DNA from: Mobula hypostoma
Taxonomy: Eukaryota
Direction: 5' to 3'
Assembly (NCBI RefSeq): GCF_963921235.1
Contig: NC_086104.1
Location: 98,890,001-98,954,000, forward strand
Length of the DNA stretch: 64,000 nt
This document shows, one piece after another, positions 56,705 through 64,000 of this stretch (position 1 is its first letter; each line of letters starts with the position of its first letter). The notes under the pieces are model-generated. The model had not been told where the DNA came from. It saw only the letters and a list, made by a program, of their open reading frames with translations, and ran no database searches. Position numbers and translations under genes: made by a program.

Positions 56705-59200
56705 GTATCGGAGGGATAGGAAGGTAGGCAGAGGGGGTGGTGTGGTTCTGCTAGAAAAGAATGGCATCAAATCATTAGAAATATGTGACATAGGATTTGA
56801 ATTAAGAAAATAAGGGTAAAAGGACCCTGATGGCAGGGTCCATACTGCTGCTGGGATGTGGACTGCAGATTACTATGGCAAATAAAATAGGCATGTCAAA
56901 AGGGCAATGTTATGATAGTCATGTCAGATTTGAACATGCAGATGGGTTGGGAAAATCAGGTTGGTAATGAATCTGAAGAGAGTGAATTTGTTGAATGCCT
57001 ATGAGATGGCTTTTTAGAGCAGTTTATCATTGAGCCTACTAGGGGATCAGCTAAACTGATTTGGGTGTTATGTAATAAGCCAGAGGCAGTTAGGGAATTT
57101 AAGGTAAATGAACCGTTAGGAGACAGTGATCACAGTATGATTGCACTCAATTTGAAATTTGAAAGGGAGAAAGTAAAGTCTGATGTAGCAATATTTCAGT
57201 GGAGTAAAGGAAATTATAGTGATACGAGAGAGGAGTTGGCCAAAGTAAATAGGAAGGAGATGCTGGCAGGGGTGACAGAAGAGCAGCAATGGCTTAAGTT
57301 TCTGGAAAAAATGAGGAAAGGGCAGGATAGATGTATCCCAAAACAAAGAAATGCTGACATGGTAGGATAGTACAACCATGGCTGACAAGGGAAGTCGAAG
57401 CTAATGTAAAAGCAAAGGAGAGAGCATACAACAAAGCAAAAATTAGCGGGAAGATAGAGGATTGGGACGCTTTTAAAAACCTTCAGAAAGCAACTAAAAG
57501 AATCATTGGGGGGTAAAGATAAAATATCAAAGCAGGCCAGCAAACAATATCAAGGTGGATAAAAAAAAGCTTTTCAGGTATATAAAAAAATAAGATAGAT
57601 GAGAGTGGATACTATTACAAGGGAGAAGGTGCTCAAAAAGCTGGAAGACTTAAAGGTACACAAGTCACCCAGATCAGATGGATTGTTCTCTAGGGTTCTG
57701 AAAGAGGTAACAGTAGAGATTATGCAGGCATTAGTAATGATCTTTCAAGAATCATTGGACTCTGGCATGGCTCCAGGGGACTGGAAAATTGCAAGTTTCA
57801 GTCCACTCTTTAAGAAATGAAGGAGGCAACAGAAAGGAAATTATAAAGCAATTAGCCTTAGCTCAGTGGTTGGGAAGACACTGGAGTCATTGGAGACATT
57901 GGAGCTGATGTTATGCAGTACTTGGTGACACAGGACAAGATAGAACAAAGTCAGCATGGTTCCCTAAAGGGAAAACCATGCCTAACGCACCTGTAGGAAT
58001 TCTTTGAGGAGATTACAAGTAGGATAGAGAAAGGGGATGCAGTGGATATTGTATATTTGGATTTTCAGAAGGCCTTTGATGAGGTGCCACACATAAGAAT
58101 ACTTACCAAGTTAAGAGCCCATAATATTACAGGGAAGTTACTAACATTGGTAGGAGGCAATGAGTAGGAATAAAAGGATTCTTTTCCGGTTGGCTGCCGG
58201 TGACCAGTGATGTTCCGCAGGGGTCGTTGTTGGGAACACTTTTTATGCTGTATATCAATGATTTAGGTAGCTTTGTTGCCAAGTTTGCAGATGACACAAA
58301 GATTGGTGGAGGGGCAGGTAGTGTTGAGGAAACAGGAAGGCTTCAGAAGGACTTAGACAGATTAGGAGAATGGGCAAGAAAGTGCCAAATGAAATTCAAT
58401 GTTGGAAAATAAATGGTCAGGCACATTGGTAGTAGAAATAAATGTGCAGACTATCATCTAAACAGGAAGAAATCCAACAATCTGAGATGCAAAGGGACTT
58501 GGGAGTTCTTGTGTGGAACACCCTAAAGGTTAAGTTACAGGTCGAGGCAGTGGCAAGGAAGGCAAATGTAATGTTAGCATTCATTTCAAGAGGTCTAGAA
58601 TACAAGAGCAGTGATGTGATGCTGAGGCTTTATAAGTCACTGGTGAGACCTCACCTTGAGTATTGTGAGCAGTTTGGGCTCCTCATCTGGGAAAAGATGT
58701 GCTGGCATTGGAGAGGTTCACAAGGATGATTCCAGGAATGGAAGGGTTATCATATGAAGAATGTTTGATGGCTCTGGGCCTGTACTCACTGAAATCCAGA
58801 AGGATGAAGAGGGATCTCATTGGAACTTTGAATGTTGAAAGACCTAGACAAAGTAGATGTGGAAATGATGTTTCCCATGACAGGGGAGTCTAGGACAAGA
58901 GGACACAGCCTCAGGATAGATGGGCATCCATTTAAAACAGTGATACAGAGAAATTTGTTTAGCCAGAGAGTAGTGAATTTGTGGAATTTGATACCACAAG
59001 CAGCTGTGGAGGCCAGCTCGTAGGATGTATTTAAAGCTGAGATCGATAGGTTCTTGATTGGCCATTGAATCAAAGGTTATGGATTGAAGGCCAGGAAGTG
59101 GGGCTGAGGAGGGAAGAAACAAAGGATCAGCCATGATTAAATGGCGGAGTAGACAAGAAGGGGCAAATGGCCTAATTCTGCCCTTGTGTCTCATGGTCTA
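56705..59200 (+). mobile_element. Degenerate CR1 LINE (begins ~54913, before the LTR insertion)
   Basis: PLGDSDHS, KSPRSDG, DFQKAFD, SDVPQGS, KFADDTK, VRPHLEYC. Flanked by aacatt at ~54907-54912 and ~59200-59205. Confidence 0.88.
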
Positions 59201-62200
59201 ACATTTCACACAGAAGGATATGTGGAGAAAGCTGTAGGGGTAGACATATTTACAATATGTAAAATACATCTGGACAGGTACATGGATAGGAAAGATCTGG
59301 AGTGCAGTGGTCCAAATGAAGGCAATTGGGTATAGTTGAGTTTGGCAGCTTGGTCAGCATGGATGAGTTGGGCCAAACCGCTTAAAAACAGGAAAAAAGG
59401 GAGAGTAACCAAAATCCAGGAACAAATGCATCATGAATGGCAACGTCCAAAAAAGCAAGTCCACAGTCACGCTGATCAGTCCTGGCAACATGGATCCCGA
59501 GCCCCTTCACTTTTCTCTGAAAGCAACGAGAGAGAGGGGAAAACCAGTCAAACACAGGCAAATGGCACTGAACACCTGCCTGTTCTCTGCTCTTGTCTTT
59601 GTCAGCTTCAAGCTTGCTCGATGACTCAATAAGAGAGAAACAATAGAGTCAATCATGGGCTCCAGGCTGTCAGGCCTCTAGGCCACACTCTCTGTCCCAA
59701 ACCTCATCGAACTTCCTCACAGACACCAAAGTGCCAGATCACTCGATTGGCCCAAAAACACACCACCAAAATGTAAATCACAGGTTCCAATCACATACGG
59801 CTTCGTAGTAGAATCATATTTGAAAGTGGTAGTAAAGGAAGTAGTTTTGTGAACTGTCAGTCAGATCTCAGTGAAGCCTACTGACTCAGATGGTGTTGGA
59901 TACATGGAATGACACAATAATATTCAAACAATATTTGGAATAGTACATAGAAATACAGAGATGGGTTTGGGGGCCAAATGTAGACAAATGGGACTGCCTA
60001 GATGGATATCTTGATCAGCATAAAGAGGATGGGTGCAATGGCCACCCCACTCCAAGCACCACTAATAACTACACATGCACATTGATCTGTTGTCCCTCTC
60101 TCTCCAAATTGAGTACATCAATTAAACTGACCTCCGCATGCATTCTTTTATTTAATTGATATGTAGTTCTACAGACACAACAGGTACAAAGGATCTTGGC
60201 AGTTCTCATCTAGAATTCACTAAAGGTTAACATGCAGCTTGACTGGTTGGTAAGGAAGGCAAATGGAATGTTAGAATTCATTTCAAGAGGAGTAGAATAT
60301 AAAAGCAAAGATGCAATGCCAAGACTTGTTTAGGCATTGGTCAGACGGTACTTGAAGAAATGTGAGCAGTTTTGGCCCATTTATCTAAGAAAGGATACGC
60401 TGGCACAGCCTCAGAACAGAGGAGCATCCATTTAGAACAGAGGTGAGAAAGAATTTCTTCAGCTAGAGGGTGGTGAATCTGTGGAATTCAATGCCACAGG
60501 TGCCTGTGGAGGCCAAGTCCAGACTGCAATGTCTTTCTCTTCAGTGAGTTCAGCTGAGAACAATGTATTGCAGTCCATATCCTCTGGCCCACAGACAGGT
60601 TAGCTCTTTGATCCCTAATGCTGGGTCTGTACATGCCTGTGTGCTCATTGCACAGTGTGGAGAGTTTTATAGGTCTCTGTCCTTACGGTGAAGGACAATG
60701 TTGGAAAGTTCATTGTCCAAGTGGAACATTGCTGACTGTTTCTGGACAATGCAGTGTGGTGTGTTTTCATTGATTCCTGTCAGTTCTCTATTGGGATGTA
60801 GAGGTCACATAGTGCAGTATCAGTTACCTGTCACTGTAAAAACCAAGTGTGTCCCACTGGTACACTTCTGTGGGCTTCCAAGTATTTGTGGGACATAAAT
60901 AAAATGAGAAAATCACCAGATGGAGAGAGTTGATGAGTACCAGATGGGAACCACACTCAGCAGAACACAAGACAACAGGATCAGGAGTCACTCACCTGGC
61001 CCCTCACCCCTGCCCCACCATGCAGTGTGAACCTGGCTGATCTGTCCCAGGCCTCACCTCCTCTTCTGTGCCAGTGCGACATTACCCTTTCATCTCTGAT
61101 CTTTACAAAATGTATCTCCTTCCTCATCAACTCTGTCCAGTGATTCAGCCTCCACACCCTCCAGGATAAAGAATTCCAAATATTCCCCATCTTCCATGAG
61201 ATGTTCCTGCACATCAGCTTTAAATAACTGCTCCCTGACCTTGTAACTCTGGAAACATCCCAACATCTCTCCTGTCAGCACTCCCAAGGACTTTGTGTAA
61301 TTTAAGGAAGGTCTCCCCTCACTTTTCTAAACCTCAAAGAGCTTGTATCTGATTTCTTGATGTGACCTCAGCAACTCCCTGTACATCTATATCAATACTT
61401 CCCTATTTCTGATCTCCAACCACCTCCCCCCGCCATTTTAAAGACCAATGTACCATTTTCCTCTCACTTCCCAAGATTAAATTTCATCTACCATTCCTCT
61501 GCCTGATGGACCAGCTGAAGAATATCATGTTGTGTCTAACACAATCCTCCTCACTCTCTACCCCTCCTCAGATTTTCATGTCACCTGTAAACTTGCTGAT
61601 CACATCACCTACTTTTAGTACTAATCTCCACCACAACCCTCTGCCCCCCATAAACCAAGCTGATTTTAGATCCAGTTTGCCACCTCACCTTGTACCTTAT
61701 GGGCATGAGCAGTTTGGACCAGACTCCCATACCTGAAAAGTTGAAGTCATCACCAAAATCTATGTAAACAATACTGCCCTCATTAACAAACTTATTTTCC
61801 ACTTCTCAACATTTAGTGTGTGGGCTCCCAGAGTCAGTGAACACCACAGCAGAACCATCAAGTCTGGAATAAACAGCTGGTCCAGTGTGGCGAGTATTGG
61901 CCTGTAGTGAAAGCCTATCAGTGACACCCTCCGGGGGAGGAAATCTCCCGTCCTTCCCGGTCTCAGTGTGACTCCCGACGCACAACAGTGTCACTGACCC
62001 TTCTCTGCCCTCTGAAATGGGTTAAAAAGTCACTCAAGAACGTCGAGGGATTTGGGGATATTGGTGTCCCTGCTGGCGAATCCCTCACGCCGGTAAAGAA
62101 TAAAACCATTCCAGGAATGTCTGGCACAGAGTGAGGCCGTTCAGCCCGCACAGGACAATACCGTCTGTTCAGACCCATCCCTTCCGTCGGCTCACAGCCT

Positions 62201-62543
62201 TTACGTTCAAACTTATAAATAACTCAATCAGATCTGAGATCTGCAGCCTCTGTTGCAAGAAAAGCAATGATTCTCAACGTCAGTTTCTTCCACTTCCGCC
62301 TCCATCGCCCTGCCAGAGTTACCGGGCCCTCGGCGAGTTGTGATTGGCTGCGGCTAGGCACGATGACTGGCACCTTAATATGCCCAAACAAAATATTAGA
62401 TGAAGGAAATAATTTTCATGCTAACCATTGACAACAGTTGCTTTCCCAAATCCTTCCTTAGCATAGGATGGGAGCACTGCCAATTTAAATCCAAACTGCG
62501 ACCCGGTTCCACTTATTTTTGGGACTGAAACCGACAAAAAAAA

Positions 62544-62902
62544 ATGCCTGTTCTGGCGAAAGCTCCCAAGAAGGGGTCAAGAAAGCCGCGTTCAAGGGCA
62601 GCAAGAAGCGCAAGACAGCGAAGAGGGAGACTAATGGTATCTATATCTACAAAGCGATGAAGCAGGTTCACCCCAGCACAGGCATTTCCTCCAAGGCCGT
62701 GTGCATCATGAGCTCTACCGTTTACGATATTTCTGACCGCATCGCAGGCGAAGCTTCCCGCCTAGCCCGTTACAACAAGCCGTCGACCATCATTTCTCGG
62801 GAGATCGAGACTGCCGTGCGCCTGTTGCTGCCCGGGGAGCTGGCCAAGCACGCCGTGTCGGAAGGGACAAAGGCGGTGACCAAGTACACCAGCTCCAAGT
62901 GA
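62544..62902 (+). pseudogene. H2B: Frameshifted histone H2B
   Basis: ATG 62544 ([11 protein letters not shown]) is out of frame with the H2B fold (1-nt loss near 62575). Mismatched stem-loop ggctcttttaacagcc at 62932-62947. Mutated CCAAT and octamer. Confidence 0.88.
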
Positions 62903-64000
62903 AACTCCACAGAGTGCTGACTAAACACAACGGCTCTTTTAACAGCCACTCAATGTCTCGCTGAAAGAATTTCTCCAATATTTCAACAGTGAAATATAAC
63001 AAATCATTTATTGGAGACTTCAGTTTGGAAATCATTGTAATTTATGTTGTTGACAGCTTCCGGTCCATCTGTCCGGTTCAATCCCGGGATCGCTCTCCCT
63101 ACTCATTGGCCGAACACCGAGACTTGAACCTTTTCTAGATCAGCTCGGTTCGATTTTCAGACATTCACGCACAAATTTACACAAACAGCTTATTCTTGTG
63201 AGGCAGAATTTTGCTGTTGCGGGTTAATTGACGTTAGAGTGGTTTATTACCCGCAGTTAGGTGTTTGGTAACTGCCCTGAACCCTGTTCTGATTCAACTG
63301 AGATTTGCAATAGATTTACGGTCCTTTCACAAAACAACTTCACATCGCAGTCTCGATCCTGACCGCTGTTTCCAAGCCGTCCATAAGCTGATGCGTTTTA
63401 AATAATTAAAAAAAGGCTGTCATGTTCTATGAATCAGCATTTATTCCGATCCGGAATTCAATGAGTATCTCGAAGCGGAGAACTAACTTTCGGGGCTCTG
63501 CGGATGTGGTCTATGTATTATTTCTGTTTTTATTTTAAATTATTTGCTCAATTCGCCCACTTTTGCACATTGGTTGTTTGTTGGTCTTTGTGGTTTTCCA
63601 TGGATTCTATTGTGTTTCTTTATTTTGTGGGTGTCTGCAAGAAGTGAACTTCAAGGCTGTATATGCTGTATAGAATTTGATAATAAATTTACTTCGAACA
63701 TTAAACTTAATAAACTGTCAATATTATAAATGGATCAGGGTCATGTGATGGCTCCTATTCACACAGCTGTAATTATTTGCTTTCGGACAGTTCTATAGAT
63801 TTATTTTCTTCTTGGCGGACTTTTCAAATTTCAGGATTTTCGGTTAGTTTTGGCGCTTGTCCTGTTGCCGCCCGTTCGCTGACGATTGAGCTCTCTGATT
63901 GGCCTTTTTCACTCGCCAATCAGATTATTACCGCCAATCAACCGCCGCCCTGTATTCATGCCGGAAGCGGCGCTGACGATTCAAAAAAATCCTAAACTTT

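Noticed and set aside
62519-62902. 127-aa intact H2B variant starting at TTG
   Set aside because: The homologous start is ATG 62544, which is in another frame; the ORF-track N-terminus is 5' UTR.
63071-63090. tRNA T-arm/B-box-like tccggttcaatcccggg
   Set aside because: No A-box, D arm or acceptor stem could be built; tRNAscan-SE would settle it.

Overview
Vertebrate genomic DNA, most likely from a cartilaginous fish/ray (inferred from the repeat families, not proven). There is one 233-N gap at 40160-40392. The left ~29 kb is mostly decayed transposable elements: a full-length degenerate L1, Penelope-like elements, a Chapaev/CMC transposase remnant, and a nested Gypsy > BEL/Pao > Rex1 stack plus RTE > CR1. 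It also holds two paralogous C2H2 zinc-finger pseudogene remnants. The right ~35 kb is a replication-dependent histone cluster: intact H2A, H4 (x2, inverted), H2B and H3.2, all with 3' stem-loops, plus two H2B pseudogenes and an orphan H2A promoter; no H1 was seen. The main structural result is a degenerate ~32-kb palindrome: ~31.8-41.1 kb is a collinear inverted duplicate of ~50.9-64 kb, with locally much higher identity over H4 and over an unexplained CpG-rich promoter/5'-exon-like unit. Other points of note are several minimal hammerhead-ribozyme motifs carried by Penelope ends, and a frameshifted H2B whose ATG frame now reads as a 38-aa Arg-rich peptide. Identity figures are by-eye estimates and TE boundaries are approximate unless a TSD is quoted.
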